Numbered from the stretch's first letter, positions 8,520 through 19,588 are shown. The stretch: DNA of 64,000 nucleotides from an uncultured Chloroflexia bacterium (GCA_963702665.1 CAVPDP010000002.1:24704-88703); one strand, 5' to 3'. Program-made: numbers and translations. Notes: generated by a model not told the origin, from the letters alone.

Positions 8520-10193
8520 ATGAGCGCTGTAGCCGAAAGCACTGCGCCTGAGGCGCTGGCCGACCGTCCGCGCATTCTGGTCGCCGACCCCATCGCCAGT
8601 GAGGGCATGGAGCTGCTCCAGCGCTTCGCATCCGTCGATGCGCGGCATGGGCTGACCACCGCCAACCTGATCGCCGCGATTCCCGACTACGACGCGCTGC
8701 TGGTGCGCAGCGAGACACGCGTCACCGCCGAGGTGATCGCTGCGGGCGCATCCCTGCGCGTCATCGCGCGCGCTGGTGTTGGCGTCGATAATATCGATGT
8801 CGAGGCAGCCACACGCCACGGCGTCATCGTCATCAACTCGCCTACTGGCAACATCGTCGCCGCCGCCGAACACACGGTCGCCCTGCTCTTCTCACTCGCG
8901 CGTCACATCCCCGCCGCCAGCGCGTCACTGCGCGAAGGGCGCTGGGAGCGTTCGCAGTTCGTCGGCGCCGAGATCCGTGGTAAGACACTGGGCATCGTCG
9001 GACTGGGCAAGGTAGGCGCGGAGGTGGCGCGGCGCGCGGGCGAGAGCGGCCTGGGGATGCGCCTGCTCGCCTCCGATCCCTATGCCTCGCCAGAGACAGC
9101 GCGCACGTTGAATGTCGAACTGATACCACTCGAAGACCTGCTGGCGCAATCCGATTTTGTGACCATCCATACCGCCCTCACCGGAGGCACGCGCGGGTTG
9201 ATCGGCGCTGAAGAACTGGCGCAGATGAAGCCGGGGGCGCGTATTATCAACTGCGCGCGCGGCGGCATCGTGGAAGAAGAGGCGCTCCTGGCGGCGCTAG
9301 AGTCTGGCGCGCTTGCTGGCGCCGCTTTGGATGTCTATAGCAAAGAGCCGCCGGGCGATAACCAAACGATTCGCGCGCTCATCGCACATCCGCATGTGGT
9401 GGCGACCCCACACCTCGGCGCATCGACCGAGGAGGCGCAGATCAGCGTCGCCGTCGATGTCGTGGAACAGATCGAGGAGATTCTCCGTGGTGGCGCCGCA
9501 CGCTCCGCCGTCAACGCGCCGATGATTCTGCCGGAGACGATGCGCCAGTTGCAGCCGTGGGTTGACCTGGTGGAGAAGCTTGGCCACCTCTACACGCAAC
9601 TCCATCCGGGGCCACTGCGCCGCGCCGAATTGAGTGTCAGCGGCGAGATCGCCGGGTATGATACGCGCCCGCTCTCCGCCGCGCTGGTCAAGGGGCTGCT
9701 CGAATCGGTCTCTGAGGCGCACGTCAATCTGGTCAATGCGCCGGTCATGGCGCGCGACTGGGGGCTGGAGATCGTCGAGAGTCGCTCAACGACAGCAGAA
9801 CAGTTCTCGAATCTCGTGACCATTCGCGTGACAGCGGATGGCGCGGAGGCGCCCGCCAGCGTGCTTTCCGCCACGATCACCTGGGGCGAAGAACGGGTGG
9901 TGCGGGTGGATCGCTATGCCACCGATTTTGTCCCCAATGGACACATCCTGTTCGCGCGCAACCTCGACCGCCCAGGCATGGTGGGGCGTGTGGGCACGAT
10001 TCTCGGCGAGGCGGGTGTCAACATCTCGCATATGGATGTCGGCCCGGTAGCCAGTGTCGCAGGCGGACGGGCACGTCAGGCCGGTGGCGAGGCGCTCATG
10101 ATTCTCGCGCTGGACGGCCCTGTGCCCGAAGGCGCGCTGGAACGCATCCATGAGGCCGATGGCATCTTCGGCATTACCAACGTCGTGCTATAG
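8520..10193 (+). CDS. serA: D-3-phosphoglycerate dehydrogenase with C-terminal ACT domain
   Basis: RILVADPIASEGMELL..., GIVGLGKVGAEVARRA (NAD site) and the C-terminal regulatory domain. The 678-aa ORF from 8157 runs through the repeat and is an artefact. Start is ATG 8520, or GTG 8490 / ATG 8458. Confidence 0.9.
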   Translation: MSAVAESTAPEALADRPRILVADPIASEGMELLQRFASVDARHGLTTANLIAAIPDYDALLVRSETRVTAEVIAAGASLRVIARAGVGVDNIDVEAATRHGVIVINSPTGNIVAAAEHTVALLFSLARHIPAASASLREGRWERSQFVGAEIRGKTLGIVGLGKVGAEVARRAGESGLGMRLLASDPYASPETARTLNVELIPLEDLLAQSDFVTIHTALTGGTRGLIGAEELAQMKPGARIINCARGGIVEEEALLAALESGALAGAALDVYSKEPPGDNQTIRALIAHPHVVATPHLGASTEEAQISVAVDVVEQIEEILRGGAARSAVNAPMILPETMRQLQPWVDLVEKLGHLYTQLHPGPLRRAELSVSGEIAGYDTRPLSAALVKGLLESVSEAHVNLVNAPVMARDWGLEIVESRSTTAEQFSNLVTIRVTADGAEAPASVLSATITWGEERVVRVDRYATDFVPNGHILFARNLDRPGMVGRVGTILGEAGVNISHMDVGPVASVAGGRARQAGGEALMILALDGPVPEGALERIHEADGIFGITNVVL

Positions 10194-10206
10194 AACCGCT
10201 CCAGTA

Positions 10207-10231
10207 GCCCCTCCCCGACTCGGAGAGGGGC
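10207..10231. terminator. GC hairpin between convergent serA and yvcK (repeat-arm-like)
   Basis: GCCCCTC-11 nt-GAGGGGC. Only a weak T tract follows. Sits between stop codons at 10193 and 10239. Confidence 0.35.
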
Positions 10232-10238
10232 GATTTCG

Positions 10239-11382
10239 CTACATCGCGAACGTGGGTGGCGCAAAGATCGCGCGCACCAGCCTGCGAGCATCGTGGCGCA
10301 CCAGCGAGCCACCATGGATCGCCATCACCGGCTCGACGATGACTTCAGGCGCCAGCTTGCGCACCTCGGATACATCAGGCACAACCGAAAATTGCTTTTT
10401 GGCGGCGTAGGCAGACAGCAGGCCGTCCGGGAACGAACCGTCATGCAGGATCACACGATCCAGCCGACCATCAAGATAGCGCTGCATCTCACGCACGAAA
10501 TCCGAGGCGCGAAAACCATCGGTCTCCCCATGCTTGGTCATCAGATTGCAGACATAGACGACCTCCGCCTCAGCCGCGCGGATGGCCTCGGCTCACGCCA
10601 TTCACCAGCAGATTGGGCAGAATGCTGGTATAGAGATCGCCAGGGCCAAGCACGATCATATCGGCCCTGCGGATGACGTGAATCGCTTCGTCGCATGGCT
10701 CTGTCGCTTCCTGCAGAAAGACACGGCGAATCGCTGGCAGGTCGCCGAGATCCTTCACACCACGTGTATCGATATCCGTCTCGCCACAGATGATCGACTC
10801 GTCCTCTAGTTCGGCGCAAAGGGTTGCGTGTTCGAGCGTCACTGGCAGCACATCGCCAGCCGTGCCCAGCAGCCGCTGCGCGTCGCGGATCGCCCAGAGC
10901 AGGTTGCCGCCGTTGATCTCTTGTAACGCCGAGATGATGAGATTGCCAAGGCTGTGGCCTGTCACACCCGCCGCCTCTGCCACCCGCCGCAATTTGCCAA
11001 AGTCATCCTCCGCGCTGCGAAGCGTCCCCGGCACGCCCTCTGGCTCAGGGTCTTCCTCGCCCACCTGGGGCATGCCATGGCCAGGCTGAAACCGAAAGGT
11101 AAAGACATCACGCCAGAGCGCCCCATTACGCGAGAGCGCGACCAGCGCCTGGCGCAGATCGCCGAACGGTAGCTGGCCAAATTCGTCCATCAGTCGGCGT
11201 GAACTGCCACCGCTATCGGACATCGTGACGATGGCGGTAATGCCACATTGATAGCGCTTGAGGCTAGAGAGCACCGCAAACGGGCCGGTTCCTCCCCCAA
11301 TGGTCACCACCTGTTTGTTGAACAGGTTCGTGCGCATATGGGAATCCCGCTGCAATTCGCCATCGTCGAGATCATTTTCCAT
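10239..11382 (-). CDS. yvcK: gluconeogenesis factor YvcK/CofD family (UPF0052), interrupted by one frameshift near 10596
   Basis: The N-terminal part (10570..11382) carries VVTIGGGTGPFAVLSSLK and PGDLYTSILPNLLV. The C-terminal part (10239..10541) carries NLMTKHGETDGF. Removing one base near GTGAGCC restores ...LVNGVAEAIRAAEAEVVYVCNLMTKHGE. Confidence 0.85.
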
Positions 11383-11486
11383 CCGTTATTTCTCCCGATA
11401 TACCTGATATACCCAGCGCCATCAACGTCACGAGCAGCGTGGAGCGGCTGGTAGCCACTCCTGCGCAAGCAACGTGCCATCGCGGG

Positions 11487-11550
11487 CCACCCTCTGCCTC
11501 TGGCTCCTCCTCGCCTCGTGGGAGAGGGGCTGGGGTGAGGTTCTGCCCTC
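11487..11550. repeat. degenerate GC-rich repeat fragment
   Basis: GGCCACCCTCTGCCTCTGGCTCC...GGGAGAGGGGCTGGGGTGAGGTTCTGCCC. Related to the first 30 nt of the window and to the arm A / CCAGAGGCAGAG modules. Confidence 0.6.
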
Positions 11551-11552
11551 CG

Positions 11553-14170
11553 CTACGCCCGCAATTCCGCGCCAAACTGGCTGGCCAGCGCATTCACGAT
11601 AGCGGCGTGAGCGCCTCAACCTCCTGGTCAGTGAGTGTTCGCTCCGCCGATTGAAAGGTCAGCGCATACGCCAGGTTTTTCTTACCCTCTGGAATACCCT
11701 TCCCAGTATACACATCGAAGAGGACTGCGCTACGGAGCAATGCCCCGCCAGCGGCCCAAATGGCGCCGAGCGCCATTCCGGCGGGCACACTGGCATCGAT
11801 GACCACGGCCAGATCGCGCTGCGCCGATGGATAGCGCGGAATCGCCTGGCTGAAAACCACCTCGGGCACAGCCAGATAGAGCCGTTCGAGATCAAGTTCC
11901 ACCAGGCATGTGCGGGTCGTCACAGCGAACCGCTCCGCGATTTCTGGATGCGCCTCACCGAGAACAGCAACGGGCATCCATACGAACTTGCCACGGTTGG
12001 CAGGAGCGATAGCCCATCGGGCGCATCGGTCTCTCTGTCTCTTGCGCGGGTTCCGCGTCGGGGACGCCAACTTCCAGCACAGCGCAGCGTCCGGGGTGAA
12101 ATGTGGGATGAGCGCCCGGCACGAAGCGGTAATCTGTTACTTTGAGCGCCGCGAGCAGCGACTCCACAACGCCCTTGATCGTGAAGAAGTCGGCGACACG
12201 AACATCGCCAGTCCATGCTGTCGCCAATGGGCCAGCAGCTCCGATGCCGAGCGTGTGCCGTTCCTGGGGGAGACCAGAGCCATCGCGTAGCGCATCAGTT
12301 GGCAGATAGCGCCGTCCCAGTTCAAAGAACCATAGCCCCGCGCTCTCATGTTTGCTATTCTCGCTGATGGTTTCGAGCAGGCTCGCCATGAGCGTCAGAC
12401 GTAGCGCCTCGACCTCAGCGCTCGCGGGATTCGCCAGGACAATGGCGGGCAACCGTTCGGCAAGCGCCGTGAGTTGGCGTCGCTCGGCCTTGCGCGCGTC
12501 TGGTTCCCCTCGCCCGCATGACGCGCTCACGCTGGGGAGCAGGCAACCGGCGCGCCCAGGAGTTGCTCTTCGCCCGGAGATGTTCCGCGCAGCAATTGCG
12601 CCATACGTTCGCGGCTGGTCAGCGGATAGCTGACGATCTCAGTCAGCCCAGCGCCTACCAGCACATTGCGCAGATTGTCCGCGCGCTCATACCAGATGTC
12701 GTGATGTGGTGTGGGCAGCGGCCCCGACGGAATCGTGCCAGGGATGCGGTCGAAGCCGACGATGCGCGCGACCTCCTCAACCACATCAGCGCTTTCCTCC
12801 ACATCATGCCGCCGTGTCGGTATCGTAATGCGCAGCGCCACATCGCTGGAATCGCCAGCATCATTGTGATCTTCGGCGACGCCAAAGCCTAGCGCGCGCA
12901 GGACATTCTCCACCTCTGAGAGCGTCACCTGCATCCCGGTCAGCCACTCGACCTGGCTCACCTCAAACGGAATCTCATGCTCCTCAACGGCTTTTGGGTA
13001 GAAATCAACCCGCCCGGGCGCAACGACGCCCCCCGCCAGTTCGGTAAGCAGTCGCGCCGCACGGTCAATCGCTATCGCGGTCAGGTTGATGTCGGGATTC
13101 TTCTCGAAGCGACCCGACGATTCCGTGCGCAGTCCAAGCGCCTGGCTGGTGCGGCGGATATTGCCGGGAGCAAAGTGCGCGGCCTCCAGCAGTATATTCG
13201 TCGTCTCGCCAGACACCTCAACCCGCGAGCCACCGAAGATGCCAGCGATCACATTTGGGCCAGCGGGATCGGTAATCAGCAGCATGTCGCTGGTCAGGCT
13301 GCGCGTCACGTCGTCGAGCGTCGTCAGTTGCTCGCCAGGGGCCGCGCGGCGCACGATGATCGTGTGATCGACGACTTTATCATAGTCGAAGGCGTGCAAT
13401 GGCTGGCCAAGTTCCAGCATGACGTAGTTGGTGATGTCCACGACGTTGTTGATGGGCCGCATCCCCGCCGCAGTCAGCCGATCCGCCATCCACTGGGGCG
13501 AGGGGCCGATCTTCACATCGCGGACGACGCGCGCGGTATAGCGTGGGCAGAGGTCGGGGTCACGCACCTCCAGCGTCATCTGCTTCTCGGCGGCCTTGCC
13601 CTTTTCCTTCACGGCCGTCTCTGGCATACGCAGCGGCTGACCAGTGAAGGCGGCGACCTCACGCGCGACCCCGACCACGCAGAAGAGATCGCCGCGATGC
13701 GCTTTAATGTCGAGGTCGATGACCGCCTCGCCGAGCAGCTTGCCCAGCGGAATCCCCAATGGCGTGTCTTTCGGCAGGATGTAGATGCCGCTGTGGTCGT
13801 CGCTCAGACCCAGCTCACGCGGGGAGCAGAGCATCCCCTGCGAGAGAACGCCCATCGCCAGCTTTTCGGCGATGACGATATCACCGACGCGGGCGCCGAT
13901 CCGCGCCAGCGGCACTTTGTCGTGCAGCTTGATGTTGGACGCGCCACAGACGACACTGAACTCCCGCGTGCCGTCGGTGACGCGGGTCGCGCTCAGATGA
14001 TCCGAGCCTTTGACACGCTCCAGCCAGGTAATCTGGGCGGTGACAATCCCCGGCCAGGGATACTCAACGCGGTCAACTTCCAGGCCAGCCATCGTCAGGC
14101 GCTCGGCAAGCTCCTCAGGGGAAAGCGTGATATCGACATAGTCTTTGAGCCAGGTGTAGGGTACGCGCAT
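11553..14170 (-). CDS. pheT: phenylalanine--tRNA ligase beta subunit, split into 4 frame segments
   Basis: 12527..14170 gives the N-terminal tRNA-binding/B3-4 region (MRVPYTWLKDYVD...). 11955..12530 and 11594..12070 continue it. The final AAIVNALASQFGAELRA* is only reached after another shift near 11600. Frame changes lie at about 12.53 kb, 12.0 kb and 11.60 kb. Confidence 0.85.
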
Positions 14171-14216
14171 ATCGTCTCCTGTCTATTGTGCCATATCCGT
14201 TGCGATGGTTGTCGTC

Positions 14217-14346
14217 GGCCACCCTCTCCCCCAGCCCCTCCCCTAAAAGGGAGGGGAGCCAGAAGGCAGAGGCAGAGCCATTGTGAGCGCCAGCTTCTGG
14301 TTCCCTCTCCCTCTTCAGGGGAGAGGGTTAGGGAGAGAGGGCGGTG
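14217..14346. repeat. GC-rich repeat, arm A plus inverted arm A
   Basis: GGCCACCCTCTCCCCCAGCCCCTCCCCTAAAAGGGAGGGGAGCCAGAAGGCAGAGGCAGAGCC...CTGGTTCCCTCTCCCTCTTCAGGGGAGAGGGTTAGGGAGAGAGGGCGG. Located between hom and pheT. Confidence 0.9.
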
Positions 14347-14374
14347 GATGGCGACACCCAGTATGACAGACGCG

Positions 14375-15434
14375 TTATGATCCATTCGCGGTGGGATGGG
14401 CCACCTGCTTCGCGATGGCCACCAGATCGGCCATCACCCCGTGCGCCGTCTGGCCCGGCCCGCCTTCGCCCTCGATAATGGTCAGGTCGCCCATCGTATC
14501 GGTGCGTAATGTCAGCCCGGCCTCCATGCCCGACAGGTGCGCCAGAAGGTCGCCTGGACTCAGCGCCGCTAAGCGGATGTGAGCGCTCACGGTCTCGCCC
14601 ACGCGCTCAGCCTCGGCCACCTGTTTGAGTGTCTGGCCTGGTAACAATGCCGCCTGCGCCGCGCGCATCGCCTCCGCGCCCAGCCCCTCACGCCGCACGT
14701 CTCCGGGACGCAGATCGGCGCCCAGCAGCACATTCGCCAGCACAGTCGCCTTGACGGCGGCATCCCAACCCTCCAGGTCGTTCGCCGGATTGGCCTCGGC
14801 GATGCCCAGGCGTTGCGCGCCGCTGACCGCCTCTTCCAGTGTCTCGCCCTGCGCCATGCGACTCAGCACATAGTTGCTCGTGCTATTGAGCAGGCCACGA
14901 AATCCGGCGATGGTGGTCGCGGGCAGCGCGGCGGCGGCCATATTGAAGATGGGCGTGCCATCCATCACGGTTGACTCGAAGCGCAGCGCCACACCCTGCT
15001 GATCCGCCAGGGCGCGCAACTCACGATAGGCATGCGCGATTGGCCCCTTATTGGCGGTCGCAACTGATTTTCCCGCTGAGAGTGCGGCGCGTACATGGTC
15101 AAGCGCGGGCTGGCCCGTCTGGGGGCTGAGTGTCGTCAACTCGACCAGCGCGTCGGCGGGCGCGTCGGCGGCGAAGGCGGCACTATCTCCCGTGAACGTT
15201 GCGGCGCCTATGGGAAGCCCGCCCACTGGCCAGCCCGAGGCCAGCACATCCGCCGGGACTGATCCCTTCGGGCGTCATAGTCGTCAGCCAGCCGCCCGCG
15301 CTACGTGTCATGATGCCGACGACGCCCACCGTCAGGTCATGCTGGTCGCGCAGGACAGCCTCTTTCTCGGCAAGCAGCGCCATCAAAGCGCGGCCAACAT
15401 TGCCGTAGCCCAGTATCGCGATGCGCAGATGCAT
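14375..15434 (-). CDS. hom: homoserine dehydrogenase family protein, one frameshift near 15250
   Basis: N-terminal MHLRIAILGYGNVGRAL (Rossmann fold), with ATG 15434 after GGAGGA. The C-terminal part has ANKGPIA...FESTVMDGTPIF...GLLNSTSNYVLSRM...AQRLGIAEANPANDLEGWDAAVKA. Confidence 0.75.
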
Positions 15435-15452
15435 TGGATAGTCCTCCACGCG

Positions 15453-16502
15453 CTAGGTGAGCTGGCGCAAGAAGCGCAGATCGTTGCCCATGAGCAGGCG
15501 AATATCGTCGATATCCCAGCGCAGCATGGCAATCCGCTCGATGCCCAGCCCGAAGGCGAAACCACGATAGATTGCGGGATCGTAGCCGACGCCACGCAGC
15601 ACCCGTGGGTCCACCATGCCGGAGCCACCCATTTCCAGCCAGCCAGAGTATTTGCAGATGCGGCAGCCTTTGCCCTTGCAGTTCATGCAATCGACATCGA
15701 ACTCGGCGCTTGGCTCGGTGAACGGGAAATAGCTCGGACGGAAGCGAATCTTGCGCTCGCCACCGAACATCTCGCGGGCGAAACGCTCCAGCACCCCTCG
15801 CAGGTCAGCCATCGTGCAGGTTTCGTCGATGAGGATACCCTCGACCTGATGGAAGACGGCCTCGTGGCTGGCGTCTATCGCTTCGTTGCGATAGACCTTG
15901 CCCATGACGAAGGCGCGCACCGGCGGGCGCATGCTCTCCATGATGCGCACCTGGTTCGGCGAGGTCTGGGTGCGCAGCAGAATCTGTCCCGGCGCGATCC
16001 AGAAGGTGTCTTGCATGTCGCGCGCGGGATGGTCTACCGGCAGATTCAGCGACTGGAAGTTGTAATAATCGGTCTCAACCTCAGGCCCATCATAGAGTTG
16101 GAAGCCCATCGCCATCATCGTGCGAGCAATATCGCGCATCACCTGCGACAGCGGATGGACGTGGCCGACGGGTGTCGGCGCGCCGGGCAGCGTGACATCC
16201 ACCCGCTCGCGTTCCAGCGCGGTGGCGCGCTCACGCGCCTGCACTGCCTGACGCCGCGCCTCTAGCAACGCCTCCAGTTCGCCTTTCACGATGTTGGCCG
16301 CCTGGCCGACAATCTTGCGTTGTTCACCAGGCAACTTCCCCAACCCTTTGAGCACGGCGGTCAATTCGCCCCGCTCGCGCCCAAGATAGCGCGTACGCCA
16401 GTCCTCCAGCGCCTCGGCGGTATCGAGACCCTCAAGCTCGGCGCGGGCGCGGTCACGCATCGCCACAAGTTGGCGCTCCTCAGCGCTCTGTGAATCCGCC
16501 AT
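15453..16502 (-). CDS. pheS: phenylalanine--tRNA ligase alpha subunit
   Basis: Reads from MADSQSAEER (ATG 16500-16502). Shows HPLSQVMRDI...DHPARDMQDTFWI...FRPSYFPFTEPSAEFD. The upstream part of the 451-aa ORF is the T-box leader. Confidence 0.92.
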   Translation of the reverse strand: MADSQSAEERQLVAMRDRARAELEGLDTAEALEDWRTRYLGRERGELTAVLKGLGKLPGEQRKIVGQAANIVKGELEALLEARRQAVQARERATALERERVDVTLPGAPTPVGHVHPLSQVMRDIARTMMAMGFQLYDGPEVETDYYNFQSLNLPVDHPARDMQDTFWIAPGQILLRTQTSPNQVRIMESMRPPVRAFVMGKVYRNEAIDASHEAVFHQVEGILIDETCTMADLRGVLERFAREMFGGERKIRFRPSYFPFTEPSAEFDVDCMNCKGKGCRICKYSGWLEMGGSGMVDPRVLRGVGYDPAIYRGFAFGLGIERIAMLRWDIDDIRLLMGNDLRFLRQLT

Positions 16503-16514
16503 CTCTGCCTCCCG

Positions 16515-16790
16515 AACAACAAAAAACGGCAGCCTCGTCACAGGGACGAAGTTGCCGTGTACTCCGTGGTACCACCCACATTGAGCGTCGCGGATGACCG
16601 CACGCTCCTCTTTCACTGCCCCAGTATCGGAAGGGCCACCGGGCGGCCTACTCATCACGTCGCATCTGCGCCGGACTTCAACCACCTGCTCAGGAGTGAA
16701 CTTCAGCCGACTTCGCGCGCCGGGGCTTCCAGTCGCTGGCCCCCTGCTCCCTGTTCGTCGTCGCCGCTTACTCTCTCCGTCATCGCCATC
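16515..16790 (-). promoter_or_regulatory. T-box leader (Phe specifier) with intrinsic terminator
   Basis: The minus strand has GAGAGAGTAAG near the 5' end and a candidate specifier ...GAAGUUCAC (UUC=Phe). The T-box sequence is AAUGUGGGUGGUACCACGG (canonical GGGUGGUACCGCG). Then comes a hairpin GGCAACUUCGU-CCCUGUG-ACGAGGCUGCC followed by UUUUUU, directly upstream of pheS. Confidence 0.8.
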
Positions 16791-17708
16791 TATTCGATTG
16801 TGATGCATCTCCTACCCCTCCCCTGTGCGCGTCCTGCGTCTTGCTCGTCCGCGCCATCCGACGCGTTCGCCTCGTCCGCCTCATGCGCGCGACGCTGGCG
16901 TGCTGCTTCAAAGAGTATCACACTGGCGGCCACCGCTGCATTCAGCGACTCCACTTTGTTCCACATGGGGATGCTGACGCGCAGTTTCGAGAGCCGCGCC
17001 GCCTCGGGCGATGCTCCGTGCGCCTCATTACAGATGACCAGCGCGGTACGCTCCGTCAGGTCAAAGCTGTCATAGGGGCGTGTGCCCTCGGCCTCCGCCA
17101 GCAGAATCTGGCGCACGGATGGGGCGCCATACAGCCAGGTGGTGATCTGTTCCCAGTTCAAACCTGTGCGCACAGGCAGGTAGAAGTGCGCGCCCGCGCC
17201 CGCGCGCACCACCTTTGGCGACAACGCATCGACACATCCCGGCGCGACCAGCGCCTCGTCGGCGTCGGCTGCCAGCGCTGAGCGCAGAATCGTGCCCAGG
17301 TTGCCGGGATCGGTGACCGCATCGAGCACCACGAGCAGCGGACGCGCCCGCCCCCGTCGCCGCGCGCGCACCTTATCCGCGGTAACATCCGCCAGCGCGA
17401 CCGACGCCACAACGCCCTGCGGCGTGCGGGTATCGCAGGCGCGGTCGATGGCCGCGCCCGTCGCTTCGAGCGCCTCGACACCACGCGCCCGCGCCTCTTC
17501 GATACGTCCGAGCGTGCGCCTGCCCCTGAGCGGTGCGCTCCAGCACGGTGGGATCGTAGAGGATGAGTCGCGGCGCAACGTGCGCATCGAGCGCGGCGTC
17601 GAGGACATGTGGCCCCTCGATCAGGAATGCCCCGGCCGCCTCGCGCCCTTTGAGGGTGTGAAGCGCGCGCAACTCCTGCACGTTCTTGTTCGATGGGCTG
17701 CTAATCAT
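16790..17708 (-). CDS. TrmH/SpoU family RNA 2'-O-methyltransferase, one frameshift near 17530
   Basis: N-terminal MISSPSNKNVQELRALHTLKGREAAGAFLIEGPHV (17373..17708 frame). The C-terminal SpoU domain has VLDAVTDPGNLGTILRSA...NEAHG...IPMWNKVESLNAAVAASVILFE (16790..17608 frame). Confidence 0.8.
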
Positions 17709-17853
17709 CGCGGACGACCTGCATCTCTCCGCCGCTCTCTGTGGGCATAGAATCGGGATTCAGAATCAGCATCAACAACGAAAAGGCGCCTCACGGACAG
17801 TTCTTGTCGCGCGGCGCCAGATAGCGGGAGTAGACCGGGATCAGGCTGAGGGA

Positions 17854-18225
17854 TCAGGCCGTGGCCTTCTGGGCCAATCCGGTGCGCGCCGCCTCGACGA
17901 TCGCGCCAAACCCCTTGAGGTCATGAACAGTCATGTCGGCCATGATCTTGCGGTCAACGGTGACATTCGCCAGCTTCAGACCGTGAATCAGGTCGCGATA
18001 GCTCATGCCATACAGCTTTGCGCCCGCGTTGATGCGCGTAATCCAGAGCGTGCGCATGTCGCGTTTGCGATTGCGCCGATCACGATAGGCGTATTGCAGC
18101 GAGTGGAACATCGACTCGCGCGCCGTTTTAATCAGGCGATGCCGAGCGCCCCAGTGGCCCTCGGTACGCTGCAAGACCTTCTTATGCTTCTTGCGGGACG
18201 TTACGCCCCGCTTCACTCGTGGCAT
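17854..18225 (-). CDS. rplT: 50S ribosomal protein L20
   Basis: MPRVKRGVTSRKKHKKVL...YAYRDRRNRKRDMRTLWITRINA. Confidence 0.95.
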   Translation of the reverse strand: MPRVKRGVTSRKKHKKVLQRTEGHWGARHRLIKTARESMFHSLQYAYRDRRNRKRDMRTLWITRINAGAKLYGMSYRDLIHGLKLANVTVDRKIMADMTVHDLKGFGAIVEAARTGLAQKATA

Positions 18226-18282
18226 TGTTTCTCTCCACCTCGGCTCCCGGTCGCGAACCGGCTAGCGCACCGCCGGTCAGGG

Positions 18283-18486
18283 TTAGCTGTACGGCAGCAA
18301 TCGTGTCATCTTACGCGTGTCGCCCTTCGAGAGTACCGAGGGCTGGCTCAGCGAGCGATTGCGCGTCGGATCCTTCTTGCGGCGATACTTGGTGCGTGCG
18401 CTTTTGAGGTGCATGAACTTGCCACCTCCGGTCACGCGGACGCGCTTGGCCGTGGCCTTATGCGTCTTCAGCTTATACTTTTTCAT
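18283..18486 (-). CDS. rpmI: 50S ribosomal protein L35
   Basis: MKKYKLKTHKATAKRVRVTGGGKFMHLKSARTKYRRKK. ATG 18484-18486 is preceded by GGAGAA. No infC is seen upstream. Confidence 0.9.
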   Translation of the reverse strand: MKKYKLKTHKATAKRVRVTGGGKFMHLKSARTKYRRKKDPTRNRSLSQPSVLSKGDTRKMTRLLPYS

Positions 18487-18579
18487 GGTGAAATTTCTCC
18501 GGTCCTGTATGCAGGGTAACTCCTGGCGACTGGGCCGGTACACTCCACACATCTCCGCCCGAACGCCGCGCACCGAACT

Positions 18580-18609
18580 AGTATAACATAGGGTGTTTCC
18601 CGCACGCAA
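18580..18609 (-). promoter_or_regulatory. candidate sigma-70-type promoter for rpmI-rplT
   Basis: The minus strand reads TTGCGT, an 18-nt spacer, then TATACT, about 95 nt upstream of the rpmI start. Confidence 0.45.
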
Positions 18610-18664
18610 GCCGCTTCCCCCAATTCGACGGCGAAAAGCTGGCGAACAGATGGCGAACAGATGG

Positions 18665-19393
18665 CTAGCGGCGCCGGAGCGCCAGCAGCGCCAGCATGGT
18701 TCCCAACTGCGCGAGGCTCACTGGCCAGACCACAATACCGAGGATGGCATCGCGCGCGGCGCCCGTGACCGGGGCGAACGCCGCGAGCAGCAGCGCCATC
18801 TGCGTCATACCCGTCACCCGACTCCACCACGGGCCACCGCCAACGGGTACCTTCCCGGCGCGGAGGGCGAGCAGCGGATGGATATAGCGCACGACTGGCG
18901 GCAGCAGGACAATCCACGGCAGGCCGCCCAGCAGAATGGCCGCCACCGCGCTCCAGAGCGTCAGCCACGAGTCGGACTCGATGTCGAGCGAACTGCCGAA
19001 GAGCGTCGCGCCCTCGCGGCGACCAAGCGGGCCATCCAGCCAGTCGCTGACCGTTGCGGTCAAGACGACCAGCGCCCAGACGACGATGGCGGCAGTCGCC
19101 AAACGGTCGCGCGCGCCAGCCAGCACGAACGCCGCCAGCGCGCAGCCCGTCACGAGGCGGCTCAGCGTCAGCACGGTGGCCCACCGATCCGGCTCCGGGC
19201 CAATCCGCCGCCGCAACGCGCCGAGCGCCACCGTCCACGGCAGACAGATGATGACCAGATATCCGGCGAAGCGCAGGCCCACCTGCGTCCCAAAGTCTCG
19301 TATCGTCAGGACGCAGAGTGGCGCGCCAATGATGATGACCAGCAACCACATGGCCTGCGTCGCGCTGACGCGTACGCCTGATTGTCGTCCCAT
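18665..19393 (-). CDS. CDP-alcohol phosphatidyltransferase family membrane protein
   Basis: 242 aa, multi-TM, with the SDWLDGPLGRREGATLFGSSLDIESD motif (D-x2-DG-x2-AR...G-x3-D-x3-D pattern). Confidence 0.8.
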   Translation of the reverse strand: MGRQSGVRVSATQAMWLLVIIIGAPLCVLTIRDFGTQVGLRFAGYLVIICLPWTVALGALRRRIGPEPDRWATVLTLSRLVTGCALAAFVLAGARDRLATAAIVVWALVVLTATVSDWLDGPLGRREGATLFGSSLDIESDSWLTLWSAVAAILLGGLPWIVLLPPVVRYIHPLLALRAGKVPVGGGPWWSRVTGMTQMALLLAAFAPVTGAARDAILGIVVWPVSLAQLGTMLALLALRRR

Positions 19394-19588
19394 AGCGCTC
19401 GCTCCTGCCTCTCACCTGAACGCCTCAGTTGAGCGTACATTCTAGCAGGCGCAGACGACGATGGGTAGCCGTCTCCGTAGGCCGCCGCGTGCTATACTAT
19501 CGGCGTGTGCCCGCGCGCAAGCCATACGAGAAGCGCCGCGGGCGCTTTTGGCGTATCGAGCCACATCACAACGAAGGGTGAAGAGACG

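Noticed and set aside
12977-14380. Long antisense ORFs opposite well-supported genes. Examples: 12977..14380 (467 aa, opposite pheT), 15051..16265 (opposite pheS/hom), 19699..21024 (opposite ALDH), 36462..37388 (opposite secA), 56887..57879 (opposite cls), 54475..55332 (opposite GT39), 18483..19415 and 18593..19381 (opposite the CDP-alcohol transferase).
   Set aside because: These are typical shadow ORFs of GC-rich DNA. Their translations are Arg/Ala/Gly/Pro-rich with no recognisable motifs, while the opposite strand encodes clearly conserved proteins.
18641-18664. 11-nt tandem repeat GGCGAACAGAT x2.3 at the 3' end of the CDP-alcohol transferase gene.
   Set aside because: It is very short, has no partner elsewhere in the window, and is probably a slippage duplication. 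Not worth a finding.
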